This document shows, in pieces, positions 40,936 through 50,544 of a stretch of 64,000 bases of DNA. The DNA lies in the NCBI GenBank assembly GCA_030550585.1, contig JAUQPB010000003.1, positions 36,333 to 100,332 of the forward strand. The letters run 5' to 3'. A model generated the notes under the pieces. The model made no database searches and was not told the origin of the DNA. It saw nothing but the letters and a program-made list of their open reading frames with translations. A program made the position numbers and the translations under genes. Every line of letters begins with the position of its first letter. Within the stretch, counting starts at the first letter, position 1. The stretch comes from Thermoproteota archaeon. GTDB taxonomy: Archaea; Thermoproteota; Thermoprotei_A; Sulfolobales; Ignisphaeraceae.

Positions 40936-42204
40936 CTATGCAACCTCTATAGGTGGTGTTGAAACAGCTTCCCCTATTTCTAGCACCTCAAGATTTGCCA
41001 CAGCGATGTTAACTACATCAGCTCTCTGTACCTCTCCGAAAATCTCTGGGTGGATAACCTTGGAGAGTATATCCAAAGCCTCAACAATCCTTGGGCCGGG
41101 TCTGCTAACAACATCGTCTGCTTCTCCCATCAACAGATAAACCCTTCCATTCTTCCAAGCGGTTGTATTAACAAGAGGTGTTGCAACAAGCTCTTGATAG
41201 ACAGACTTTGGATCCACATCGTGTACTGTGACAATTATTATCTCAGGATCCTTAGACAAGATAAATTCGTAGCTTAGCGTAGGCCATTTGCTATAGCCAG
41301 ACGCTATATTGTTTCCACCAGCTGTTGTTATAACCCAATTGATAAATGTGTCTCCACCAGTGCTGTACAAGCCCCATGATGGTGGCCCTACAAGCCACAA
41401 AACCCTTGGCTTGGATGCATTGACCAACTTGCTGCTTATCTCATCTATCTTTCTCTGCATAGACTCTACAATCTCTTTAGCCTTATCCTCAACACCGAAG
41501 ATCTGGCCCAGCGTCATGAGATCTGCATAGATATCATACTGGTTTCTAGCTGCATCACATATGAGGAAGAATGTCTTTATCCCAGCCTCTTCAAGCTTTG
41601 CTCTAAACCCTGTCTCCTGAGGTGATACATCCCTGCACATAAAGACCACATCGGGCTTTAAACTAATTATCTTCTCCACATCCAGTGTCCACGGACCACC
41701 AACAACAGTTATCTTACCTTGTTTAACAAGGTCTAGAACCTCTGGTGGATAATTGGAGTAGGAGTCCACTCCAACAACTCTATCCCCAACTCCTATAGCA
41801 AATAGATCCTCTGTTATGCTAGGAATTGTGGATACAACTCTTTTTGGAGGTTCATTAAATGTTATTTCTCTTCCCAATGCATCAACAATTGTTCTTGGCC
41901 ATGTTACTTGTACTGTTTCAACAATTGTTGTTGGGATAGATGTTGAGACAGTTTTAATCGTAATGATTGTTGTTGGTAGTGTAGCTGAGGTGGTAAACGT
42001 TAGAGTTGTTAACGAAGCAGATGCAATTGTTGTATATAGTGTTGTGTACATCGTTGTAGTTTGTACTATAGAAGTGTAGATAGGAGATGTTGAGGTTATT
42101 GTGATGGTTGTTGTTGGCTTTGGAGCTATGATGTTTGGTGTATACCCTATTGCAATACCTATTATCAATGCTATTGCAATCAAGGCTATGTGTTTTGCCT
42201 GCAT
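40936..42204 (-). CDS. btuF: Corrinoid-binding protein BtuF with Thr-rich stalk
   Basis: N-terminal TM, ~70-aa Thr-rich linker, DALGR, PKRVVS, SRPGPRIVEAL. Confidence 0.85.
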   Translation of the reverse strand: MQAKHIALIAIALIIGIAIGYTPNIIAPKPTTTITITSTSPIYTSIVQTTTMYTTLYTTIASASLTTLTFTTSATLPTTIITIKTVSTSIPTTIVETVQVTWPRTIVDALGREITFNEPPKRVVSTIPSITEDLFAIGVGDRVVGVDSYSNYPPEVLDLVKQGKITVVGGPWTLDVEKIISLKPDVVFMCRDVSPQETGFRAKLEEAGIKTFFLICDAARNQYDIYADLMTLGQIFGVEDKAKEIVESMQRKIDEISSKLVNASKPRVLWLVGPPSWGLYSTGGDTFINWVITTAGGNNIASGYSKWPTLSYEFILSKDPEIIIVTVHDVDPKSVYQELVATPLVNTTAWKNGRVYLLMGEADDVVSRPGPRIVEALDILSKVIHPEIFGEVQRADVVNIAVANLEVLEIGEAVSTPPIEVA

Positions 42205-42344
42205 ATGGTTACCCTAGCCATATAGAGTTCATACATATAGTTAAAAAGCTTTGTTGAAAGCCTTACAAAAATTGGATAACCATTGTGTGCTTCGTTTTAG
42301 CTAAAGACAAAAGACTTATAAATTTATGTGGCTAGCCTAACCAT

Positions 42345-43145
42345 TTGGTGTTACAACTGAGAATTGTTAGCCTGTCTCCAGCTGTTACCGAAACCCTTGT
42401 CCTCTTGGGACTTGAAGATGAGATTGTTGGTATAACACCATGGTGCAGAATGTACTTGAATAATCCAGCAGAAAAAGAGATTGCAGGAACATATCTTCAC
42501 GTGCCCATCAAAAAGCTCAAGGATCTCAGCCCTGATATAGTCTTTCTTCAGTCGAGGGTGCACGACAAGATCTTCAGCGATGTCAGGTCTGCTGGGTTTA
42601 ATGCATATTTAATGCCTTTGCCAACCAATGTCAATGCCATAATATCGCATATAGTCCTTGATGTGGGTGCAATCACTGGTAGATATTATGAGTCTAGGAG
42701 GTTAGCTGAAGAGCTTCTAGACAAGGTTATGGATATATATAGGAGGTCTAGAGGTGGGAAGAGGCTAAGGATATATGTTGAGTATCTGTGGCCCGACAAA
42801 ACATATTCGACAAGCGGTGCTCTTACATACATAGACGATGGTATTTGGATAGCTGGTGGAGAGAACATCTTTCATAGTGTGCCAAAGGAATTCTTTAATC
42901 CTAGAGATGAAGATATTGTAGCAGGGGATCCAGATTTGATACTTGTGAATATAGAGCCGCCATGGGAATCCCTGACAGTGGATAAGTATAAAGAGATTAG
43001 AGAGCCTCTATCAGAGTTGAAGGCGTTCAAGTATAACAGGATTCTGTTGGTTAAAGAGACTAGAGATGTTAATCTAGCGCACTTTGGGCCTTCGTTCATA
43101 TCGACAGTAGACTGGTTGTCGAAGACATTAAGGCAATACCTATAG
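42345..43145 (+). CDS. Second BtuF-like helical-backbone receptor without signal peptide
   Basis: Begins directly with RIVSLSPAVTETL; AGGENIF, HFGPS. Confidence 0.8.
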   Translation: MVLQLRIVSLSPAVTETLVLLGLEDEIVGITPWCRMYLNNPAEKEIAGTYLHVPIKKLKDLSPDIVFLQSRVHDKIFSDVRSAGFNAYLMPLPTNVNAIISHIVLDVGAITGRYYESRRLAEELLDKVMDIYRRSRGGKRLRIYVEYLWPDKTYSTSGALTYIDDGIWIAGGENIFHSVPKEFFNPRDEDIVAGDPDLILVNIEPPWESLTVDKYKEIREPLSELKAFKYNRILLVKETRDVNLAHFGPSFISTVDWLSKTLRQYL

Positions 43146-43157
43146 CAGAAACAGAAT

Positions 43158-44003
43158 GTGCATAGCAGGTGCGCGAAACTGGGTATAGACATGGATTCGA
43201 CAAGTAGAGATAAAGGCGTTAGGACAAGAGTCTATCACATAACATTCTATGACCACGACAACTCTGCGTACATCCAATTCCTCGGATGTAATCTCAGCTG
43301 TCTGGGTTGCATAAGAAAGAGGTATCTGTGGGACCACCACATCGAGAACATAGACCAGGCAATAGATGCGAAAACAGCGATCAGAACCCTAACGCTTGGC
43401 GAACTAGAAGATATTTTGAGAAAAGCTGTGGATGTGCTTGGCCTCAGAAGAGCTGTTCTTGGAGGGGGAGAGCCAACTTCAGATCCAAGCTTCTGCCAAA
43501 TCATCGAGATCCTTGGTGAACTGGGCCTCAGCATTTCAATTCTTACAAACGGCTATGAACTAGATAGGGTATTAGGCTGCATACCTCCAAAGACTTTGAT
43601 AGAGCTCAGCATCAAAAGCATAGACAGCACAAAATACAGTTTATATACAGGTGGCGGGGATCTAAATAAGGTTTTGAAAAACTTTGAAATGTTGCTCAAC
43701 ACACAACTAAATGTTGTGGTAGAGACAATACTCATTCCACAATTCAACGATGTTGACGATATCGAGAAACTGGCTATGTACATAGCTGGCAAAGACCCTG
43801 GAATACCCCTCATAATAGATGAATATATACCTGTGCCCCAGACGCCCTGGGGTAGGCCAAGCAGAGAAAGTCTGTTGGATGCATATAGAAGAGCTAGGAA
43901 GTATCTACACATAGTTATAGTCAGATCATCGTATCCAGAGTTTCACACATCCAAGAAGTTGGGAAACACCTTGATACTCTACCCTTCTAGTCAAATCCGC
44001 TAG
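43158..44003 (+). CDS. Radical SAM protein (PFL-activase-like)
   Basis: GCNLSCLGC, LGGGEPT, LTNG, ETILIPQFND. Confidence 0.85.
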   Translation: MHSRCAKLGIDMDSTSRDKGVRTRVYHITFYDHDNSAYIQFLGCNLSCLGCIRKRYLWDHHIENIDQAIDAKTAIRTLTLGELEDILRKAVDVLGLRRAVLGGGEPTSDPSFCQIIEILGELGLSISILTNGYELDRVLGCIPPKTLIELSIKSIDSTKYSLYTGGGDLNKVLKNFEMLLNTQLNVVVETILIPQFNDVDDIEKLAMYIAGKDPGIPLIIDEYIPVPQTPWGRPSRESLLDAYRRARKYLHIVIVRSSYPEFHTSKKLGNTLILYPSSQIR

Positions 44004-44059
44004 AAAAACGTTCTCCCCCAGCCCAATGTTCCAAACCTCCTTATCATAATGCTGACCAT

Positions 44060-45109
44060 CTAACTTTGGTCTATGTGTAGTCTTAGTGATGCTTCTCGGT
44101 ATATGGGGTCTAGGAACTGGTAGTTGTGGATTATACTCATATCTTCGAGGTTTTTCAGTATATTGTAGAGTATGCTTGGTGATATGGTTGTCCCCTCTTT
44201 TTCTTCGATGTATCTCTTCAAGCCGCTCCATGTTTTGACTCCCTCGGCTATTCCTCTGAGAGCATATGCGTATCTCTTCCCCCTTTCTCTCACAATGTTC
44301 TGCAGCTCCCCTAGGGCTATGTCTATGGCCAGCTTCTTTATTCTGTCTATATCCCTATTCCCCCTAGCATACTCGTTGCCAAAGAATGTCAGCCAGCCTG
44401 GTATGCCATCGAATTCCTCGACGGCCTTCTCCAGAACCTCTGCCTCCACATCTATTCCCAGCTCTCTGAAACCAGCTTTCAGAAACTCTTGCGAGGTGTC
44501 TCTGTCGAATCTCTCTAGCTTAAGATTAAAGCAGTACCTTCCATAGAGAGGTGAATCGAGTCTGTCGATTCCTAGAAACCCGTAAAGCAAACCAACTTCT
44601 GAACCGGTTAATACAAAGGTTATGTTTCTATCGTAGTCGTATGCATGGGCCAAAGCATTTAAAAACTCCTGCGAGCGGGGGCCTCTAAGCTTTTGAGCCT
44701 CATCAAAAGCTATTATGATTCTCCTCCTGTTAAGAGCATCAAAAAGCGATGAAAGCGTGAGAGAGCCCCTGCCCCTCCACTTAATCTCTACCTCAACACC
44801 CCTAATACTTATACCCGATATCGACTTGAGAACATCATACAGCTTATCAAGCTTTGACGAAAACGCCTTCGAAAGCAAGTTATACAAATCCCGCAAGCCA
44901 TAGTTGGTATGCAAATCCCTCAAATCAATTATAACACTAGGAATGCTAACCTCATTGAGAAAAACAGTCAAGAGAGAGGTCTTGCCAATCCTCCTAATAC
45001 CAGAAATAATTATAATAGGTACATCAACATTAGCATGAAGCAACTCAAGCTCGCGATCCCTCCCAAAAAGCTCACTTCTACTAGCCTTAGGCCTGGGATC
45101 AAACAGCAC
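44060..45109 (-). CDS. Archaeal AAA ATPase (ATPase_2-type with C-terminal wHTH)
   Basis: MLFDPRPK...LFGRDREL, GIRRIGKTSL, FDEAQ, LTGSEVG, DGIPGWL. Confidence 0.88.
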   Translation of the reverse strand: MLFDPRPKASRSELFGRDRELELLHANVDVPIIIISGIRRIGKTSLLTVFLNEVSIPSVIIDLRDLHTNYGLRDLYNLLSKAFSSKLDKLYDVLKSISGISIRGVEVEIKWRGRGSLTLSSLFDALNRRRIIIAFDEAQKLRGPRSQEFLNALAHAYDYDRNITFVLTGSEVGLLYGFLGIDRLDSPLYGRYCFNLKLERFDRDTSQEFLKAGFRELGIDVEAEVLEKAVEEFDGIPGWLTFFGNEYARGNRDIDRIKKLAIDIALGELQNIVRERGKRYAYALRGIAEGVKTWSGLKRYIEEKEGTTISPSILYNILKNLEDMSIIHNYQFLDPIYREASLRLHIDQS

Positions 45110-45110
45110 G

Positions 45111-45144
45111 GTTCTACCCCAGAAGTTATATTCTGGGGTAGAAC
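45111..45144. promoter_or_regulatory. Perfect 14-bp inverted repeat GTTCTACCCCAGAA-N6-TTCTGGGGTAGAAC, candidate operator
   Basis: Lies between a minus-strand TTTATAA box (~45145-45151) and the GTG start at 45109. Confidence 0.65.
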
Positions 45145-45482
45145 TTATAAACTTTAAATACCAGTCATAATAGCATCATCTAGACAAATTCGAAAACCAA
45201 AACGAGTAGAAAGCAAATCAAAAACAAAACAACAACATGCCCCAGCTTATCAATAAACATGGAATACCAACCCCTTAGTTCTAGGCACTGTACAAGAGCA
45301 TGCAGAACCTACTGTATAGCATGTGATAGCAACAGGGATACTATCAGCAGATCTCTTGTGAAAGAAAACTGTGCAGAGAGCTACAATATCAGTGTAATAC
45401 CACAGGAAAAATAGCAACACATGCAAGCTATCCTCGCTTGATTATAAAACACGACAGCCCGAAAGAGGCTTTTTGAAGCGGG

Positions 45483-45559
45483 GCGGCGCCCAATGATGGA
45501 TCAAGCTATCACTGAACGTGATGAAAGGCTTAGATGAAAGGCTTAGCAACTGACGCCGC
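45483..45559 (+). ncRNA. C/D-box sRNA with an internal 13-nt tandem duplication
   Basis: C ATGATGG (45493), 12-nt guide, D' CTGA (45512), C' GTGATGA (45518), D CTGA (45550), terminal stem GCGGCG/CGCCGC. Confidence 0.78.
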
Positions 45560-45943
45560 TCAACAATTTCTGTATCTATAACTAAACCTAGATATAAATT
45601 TTTTCTACATATAAAACAATAGACAAGGACTACACAAAACTGGAAGAAGGCATGTACAAGTAGACAGCAGAAAAATATTGTATTTAGCCAGGCACATTAT
45701 TCTCTGCTATTTCTCAAGCTAACAATGCAAATCCTAACCACATCTTCTAGATCATTATAACTGGGAATAACATTAACGCTTGTATGCTTCAAAAATGGGG
45801 GCAGCAATATTGATAACCTTGTCAGAGGAGGACTAGAAGAGAATGTGTCTTTATAGATGCCTCTATCAGATGCGTCGATTTTTGTAGAGAAAGATCTTGC
45901 TACCTGTGTTTGGAGGTCTGGCTATGGGGTCTCACACCCTAGA

Positions 45944-46744
45944 TTATTTCTGTTGACTGGGATTTGCGTTAGGGGTTGCCACGTTTTTGCGTATCATTTC
46001 AAGTAGTTTTTCTTGTAGTGTGATAAACTTCTTTATTCTGATTGGTTTGATAAGTTTGTTTAGGTCTTCTAGGCTTAGCATGCGTTCTTCGCCAGAGACG
46101 TCTATAACTACTTCTACAGAGGCTTTGCCAACGCCTCCATGGTATATCAGCTGTCCCTGGTCTATTATTGTTACTGTCGATGGTTCGAGGTTGTAGAGCT
46201 GGTGTGAGGTTACAATTACTATTCTATCTCTTAACTGTGTTAGTATCTTCTCGAGGGGCTCAATCATAAGGATATCCAAGTTTGCAAAAGGCTCGTCGAG
46301 AAGAACTATCTTAGCATCTTTGCCTAGTGCTATAGCCAACTGCACCCTCTTTCTATAGCCTGCTGATAGTTCAAGATACTTTTTGTGGAGATAGCCCTCA
46401 AGCCCTAGCTCAAGGCTCATCTCCCTCGCTTTCTCATCACCAAGAAAATCTGCGAGTATATCCCCAACCCTCATATTCGGCAAAACAACATCTTCACCAA
46501 CATAGCCCATAAGCTTAACAATAGAGACTGTTGAAATCTTCTCACCTTTTTCTGTAACCGTGTAGATCTCCCCTCGATCAGGCCTTATGAACCCAGCTAT
46601 AGATTTGAGCAACGTACTTTTGCCACTACCGTTAGGCCCTAGAATCAGGTTGACACCCTTTCTGAATACAAGTCTCGGAATTTTCAAGGTGAAGTACTTG
46701 TACCTCTTCTCCAGACCTTCGACAACCACCTGCTCTATCTCCAT
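45944..46744 (-). CDS. ABC exporter ATP-binding protein
   Basis: GPNGSGKST, LSAGY signature, LLDEP, TSH. Confidence 0.88.
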   Translation of the reverse strand: MEIEQVVVEGLEKRYKYFTLKIPRLVFRKGVNLILGPNGSGKSTLLKSIAGFIRPDRGEIYTVTEKGEKISTVSIVKLMGYVGEDVVLPNMRVGDILADFLGDEKAREMSLELGLEGYLHKKYLELSAGYRKRVQLAIALGKDAKIVLLDEPFANLDILMIEPLEKILTQLRDRIVIVTSHQLYNLEPSTVTIIDQGQLIYHGGVGKASVEVVIDVSGEERMLSLEDLNKLIKPIRIKKFITLQEKLLEMIRKNVATPNANPSQQK

Positions 46745-47139
46745 TTCCTCACCACCGTCAAATCGCCAGCACTTGTTGTATATGGCTCTACATAGGCCTT
46801 AACAAAAATGTTTAGATTTCCAGAGTCGCAGTATAGTGTAGCTGTCTTGGTCTCGCCACCCAAGGCTTTTATCTGCACGGCCTGCTCATCGCAAGATATG
46901 CATGCCTCGATTTGAGTCCTTGGATTAATGGAGACGAGGTAGGTTCCGCGCCCAAGAAAGGCATTGATTGTGAAGATATATGTGTAGTTGTAGGGGTACA
47001 GAGGGGTCTCAAGATCTATATTCGCCGTAGCCCAGGGCACAAAACCTTCTAGAACCAGCAGCATTCCGGCAACGCCTATGCCAAGGAGTGTAGAGACTAG
47101 GACTACAATTTGAGTGGCTTTGCTTCTTCTAATAGCCAA
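46735..47139 (-). CDS. Small membrane-anchored protein
   Basis: N-terminal TM and beta-rich domain with CxxC; overlaps both neighbours. Confidence 0.7.
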   Translation of the reverse strand: MAIRRSKATQIVVLVSTLLGIGVAGMLLVLEGFVPWATANIDLETPLYPYNYTYIFTINAFLGRGTYLVSINPRTQIEACISCDEQAVQIKALGGETKTATLYCDSGNLNIFVKAYVEPYTTSAGDLTVVRKWR

Positions 47140-47917
47140 CCCTCCCAGCCTCTATAACATCTATAGTGAACAGAATGAATTGAACAGGTGCGACAACAAA
47201 TATAGTCCCGGGCTCCTCCACAATATTCTCTATGCTTATGAGCGCCTTTGCCACATCGAATTTCTGGCTAACTACAAGACATAGGGCAACGAATCCCAGA
47301 AGCCCGAAGATAGATAAGGTAGTGTTTTTGGAGCTCAACGAGAGGAGTGTGGCTATAGGGATTGAGAGCAGTGCCGAGCCTATTGATATCAGCAGAGAAA
47401 GCCCCAATGCTGTGTAGAGCCCCCCAGGGATAATTGCCGTGTATAGTATTGCTGAAAGAGCTAAAGCACTGGAAGCCGCTGAGACAAGCAGCAAAAGGGT
47501 TACACTGGCTAATCTACTTAGAAGTAGCTTAACCCTGCTACCAGCGAATGTCAGCTCTATGAAGAAGTACTTCATTTCGAGGGGCCTTGCAACAGCTATG
47601 GCAACAATCATGCCAGATAACATGAAGTAGAGTATGGATAGGTGGTTCAGGAACCAGCCATAGCCACGCAAGAACATGGTCATATTGATATTGAGCCTGT
47701 TAGCACCCATAGCATTGCAAACAAATTCGCCGACACTTGTAGGGGTAGCCCCTACTACTACCCCAACAGACATGTTCGTCGACATCCCCCATACAGAGTA
47801 CCTATTCGGAACAACATCCTCGTTGATAGCCAGGATAATGGGTAGCAACACAATAGCTATAGCAAGCGCTATGGAAGAGTGCTGAAGCCACACATCCCTG
47901 ATGAACAAGCCCTTCAC
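47129..47917 (-). CDS. ABC-2-type permease-like membrane protein
   Basis: About six TMs, with an ELTFAGSRVKLLLSRL loop of ABC-2 type. Confidence 0.65.
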   Translation of the reverse strand: MKGLFIRDVWLQHSSIALAIAIVLLPIILAINEDVVPNRYSVWGMSTNMSVGVVVGATPTSVGEFVCNAMGANRLNINMTMFLRGYGWFLNHLSILYFMLSGMIVAIAVARPLEMKYFFIELTFAGSRVKLLLSRLASVTLLLLVSAASSALALSAILYTAIIPGGLYTALGLSLLISIGSALLSIPIATLLSLSSKNTTLSIFGLLGFVALCLVVSQKFDVAKALISIENIVEEPGTIFVVAPVQFILFTIDVIEAGRVGY

Positions 47918-47922
47918 ATGGT

Positions 47923-48792
47923 TTACCTCTTTTTGGTTATGCGGCGGACGAGCATGAATATGCCTATGGCTATTGCTGCGAATACTGTGATTATTATGCC
48001 GAGTCTCGTGTAATCGATGTAGCTGACGGACTCTGGATAATCGTTTACAGCTATTAAACGCTCTAACATCTCACCAGCTGGACTTAAATAAACGGTTATG
48101 TATCTATCGCCTCCTATGGGCAGGGCACCATCAACAAGTACGGGATAGTGGTGGAGGATATTTAACTCTATGAAGTCGTTGTAATAGCGCACAGATTTTA
48201 AACGTACTGTGCGACCACCATACTCTACAGGCATGACATTTGGTACGGGCTTACCTTGAACAGTATCTATCTCAAGCTCTTTACCAAGATATACAAACTT
48301 GTACTTTGTGGCATTACCATAGCTTATATCGGGTACGACATAGAACGGGAAAAACCCGATGAAACTCCCATTAAGCCACGCATAGTTATTCGACGGATCA
48401 ACGTCGTAGACCAATGCAAGTGTGTAAGAGTAGTTCAAAAGCCTTACATTAATTAGTTTTAGGGCCACATTGCAGTAGATCCGGGGGCTAGAACCCGTAC
48501 AATTCAAATAATCACTATTGTAATAGAGTGGGCCACGAATCTCCACAAGTATCCTATAACGACTATCCACCTTACCACACATCTTCACAGTCACAGTAGC
48601 ATCAGGTATGTACAAACCATTACGCATATAGACAGAGCCATTTCTAACAACGAAATATATGTCTCCTCTAAGCATATAGAGGACATCACAATCCGAAAAA
48701 GCATTGAGAACAGGTTCAAACAGCGCAAAAGAGAAGCAGAGATAGGAAAACACAAAGACAAGCAAAGCCTTAAAAAATGAAACTTTCTTCAA
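47923..48792 (-). CDS. Orphan surface protein with signal peptide and C-terminal TM anchor
   Basis: MKKVSFF signal, Tyr-rich beta domain, TM plus RRITKKR tail. Confidence 0.72.
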   Translation of the reverse strand: MKKVSFFKALLVFVFSYLCFSFALFEPVLNAFSDCDVLYMLRGDIYFVVRNGSVYMRNGLYIPDATVTVKMCGKVDSRYRILVEIRGPLYYNSDYLNCTGSSPRIYCNVALKLINVRLLNYSYTLALVYDVDPSNNYAWLNGSFIGFFPFYVVPDISYGNATKYKFVYLGKELEIDTVQGKPVPNVMPVEYGGRTVRLKSVRYYNDFIELNILHHYPVLVDGALPIGGDRYITVYLSPAGEMLERLIAVNDYPESVSYIDYTRLGIIITVFAAIAIGIFMLVRRITKKR

Positions 48793-48826
48793 ACCTAGCT
48801 CACCACTTTCTTCAAACTTACCTCAT

Positions 48827-49447
48827 TCACTTGTAGCTCATTTGGTAGCTCATTGATTGTAGAATACTGCATGGTACCAGAGCTGATAGATATAGAGTTG
48901 GATATTCATCCCGCGTTGATGATAGTGCTCCCCACCAAGTGGAGTATGTGATCTTGAAATGAAATATGCCGCTGGTGTAAATTTGTGCATATCCTGTGGA
49001 GGCGCAAGTGCTCCTATTTATCTTAGGATCAGGCAGATAGCCAGAGATATAGCTTATATCATACCGATCCCATCCTCCAGCTCCTCCTACCCAACTCTTC
49101 ATAGCCACACTATATGGTGCCGCAAATGATACGTACCTGCCATGATAGTCTTCATAAATTATTTCTACTAAGGCTCCTGCTACAGCATAATAAGCATCTG
49201 CGCCAGAGACTGTTACAGATACAGTAAAAGTTATGCCTTGATATGTTATACCTAACTTTATTGTTGTGGTTGGACCTACAAATCCGTGTGATACTGAGGC
49301 CGTGGATAGAACTTGATATGCCATTAATGCACTAGCTTTTGGTAGAGTTGGCATTAAGGTGGCTAGGGAGATAGACATGATAATTACGATTCCTGCTATT
49401 ATCTTGTTTTTCGTTTGCATCTTATACATCGATTGCATATACCGCAC
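48827..49447 (-). CDS. Orphan secreted protein (candidate archaeocin precursor)
   Basis: Signal peptide ending PKASA; S/Y/G/T-rich mature part; no C-terminal anchor. Confidence 0.7.
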   Translation of the reverse strand: MRYMQSMYKMQTKNKIIAGIVIIMSISLATLMPTLPKASALMAYQVLSTASVSHGFVGPTTTIKLGITYQGITFTVSVTVSGADAYYAVAGALVEIIYEDYHGRYVSFAAPYSVAMKSWVGGAGGWDRYDISYISGYLPDPKINRSTCASTGYAQIYTSGIFHFKITYSTWWGALSSTRDEYPTLYLSALVPCSILQSMSYQMSYK

Positions 49448-50393
49448 TTGATCTACACTACGTGAATGTTAGGGGTATTAAAATTTTTTGTTCTTGAGGT
49501 TGGGCGGAGAATGCTTGTGCCATGGTGTGGGTTGTGCTTGAGTTGTTTATAGGTCTGGTGTAGTACTGGTATGGGTGTGGGGTTTTCCAAGGGTTTTTCG
49601 GTAGGGGTCTGCAAGTGGGTTTTCATGTACATGTTGCTGTGTGGTGTAGACTAGGAATAGGCTTTGACTTATAGCAAAACGCTCTTTTTGGACGCAGATT
49701 TAAAGACAGCTATGAGAGGTTTCATCGCTATACTGTATCGCAGCTTGTTGAGAGGTGTACGGCTTCGTAAATTCGTTTGTTTTCCGATTTCCAAGGTTTT
49801 TATTGGCTAGTCTATCCCGGGACGCTTCTAATGTTGTTACATGCTATAGGGTCTTCTGGTCTTTTTGCCTACAGCTCGTCTCTGAAACGCTGAAGACCTT
49901 CGGCAAGGTCTAGTGCAGACTGTGCCAGCGTTGTGTTTGAGGCTGTGGCTGTTCATCTTAATCATAGTTGTAGCTGTTTGCACCTCTATTGCTCTCGGCA
50001 TCTATGCTTATACACCGAGCCACAGAAAATGTTCGTTAAATGCATTGCTATTGTGAGGCTTGAGGACGCGATAAGCTATGGGAAGACAGGGCCTTTCGGG
50101 GGAGCTGTTATTACGCCTAACAATGCCAGGTACCACATAGACTCTGTTCCAGTTGATCCACAGTCAAAAAGCTGAAGAGATGCTGTGGAAGAAAGATCAA
50201 AGTATAGAAAGTATAGATAGTGATAGAGCCAAAGTAACCACATATAGCCATAGTGGCTAAGATAGCCAAAAGGCAAACTCTGAGGGGCACGAGAAGACAA
50301 ACTTTTTCTGCCCATACATTCTTTCATCGTGGCCTAGAACAATTGGGCAGGCATAAACTTATCGGAAATGCCGTCAATTCTATAAATATTTTG

Positions 50394-50471
50394 TGGCGGG
50401 CCCGCGGGGATTTGAACCCCGGACCACCGGCTTAGAAGGCCGGCGCTCTCTCCTGGCTGAGCTACGGGCCC
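50394..50471 (-). tRNA. tRNA-Arg(TCT), CCA encoded
   Basis: Minus strand GGGCCCGTAGCTCAGCC...CCGGC-CTTCTAA-GCCGG...GGTTCAAATCC...CGGGCCCGCCA. Confidence 0.96.
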
Positions 50472-50544
50472 TTTGTGTTTTTGTGGTGGCTGTTGATACT
50501 CTTTTGTTTTTGGAGGGTTTTTTAGTTTTGCTTCTCCAATTTTG

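Noticed and set aside
42205-42344. Possible cobalamin riboswitch upstream of btuF
   Set aside because: AT-rich 140-bp gap with TATA-like boxes only; no B12-box or stable stems seen.
49712-49810. 32-codon frame containing LYRSLLRGVRLRKFV, reminiscent of tyrosine-integrase boxes near tRNA-Arg
   Set aside because: Too short, motifs are adjacent rather than properly spaced, and no duplicated tRNA 3' end (att site) was found.
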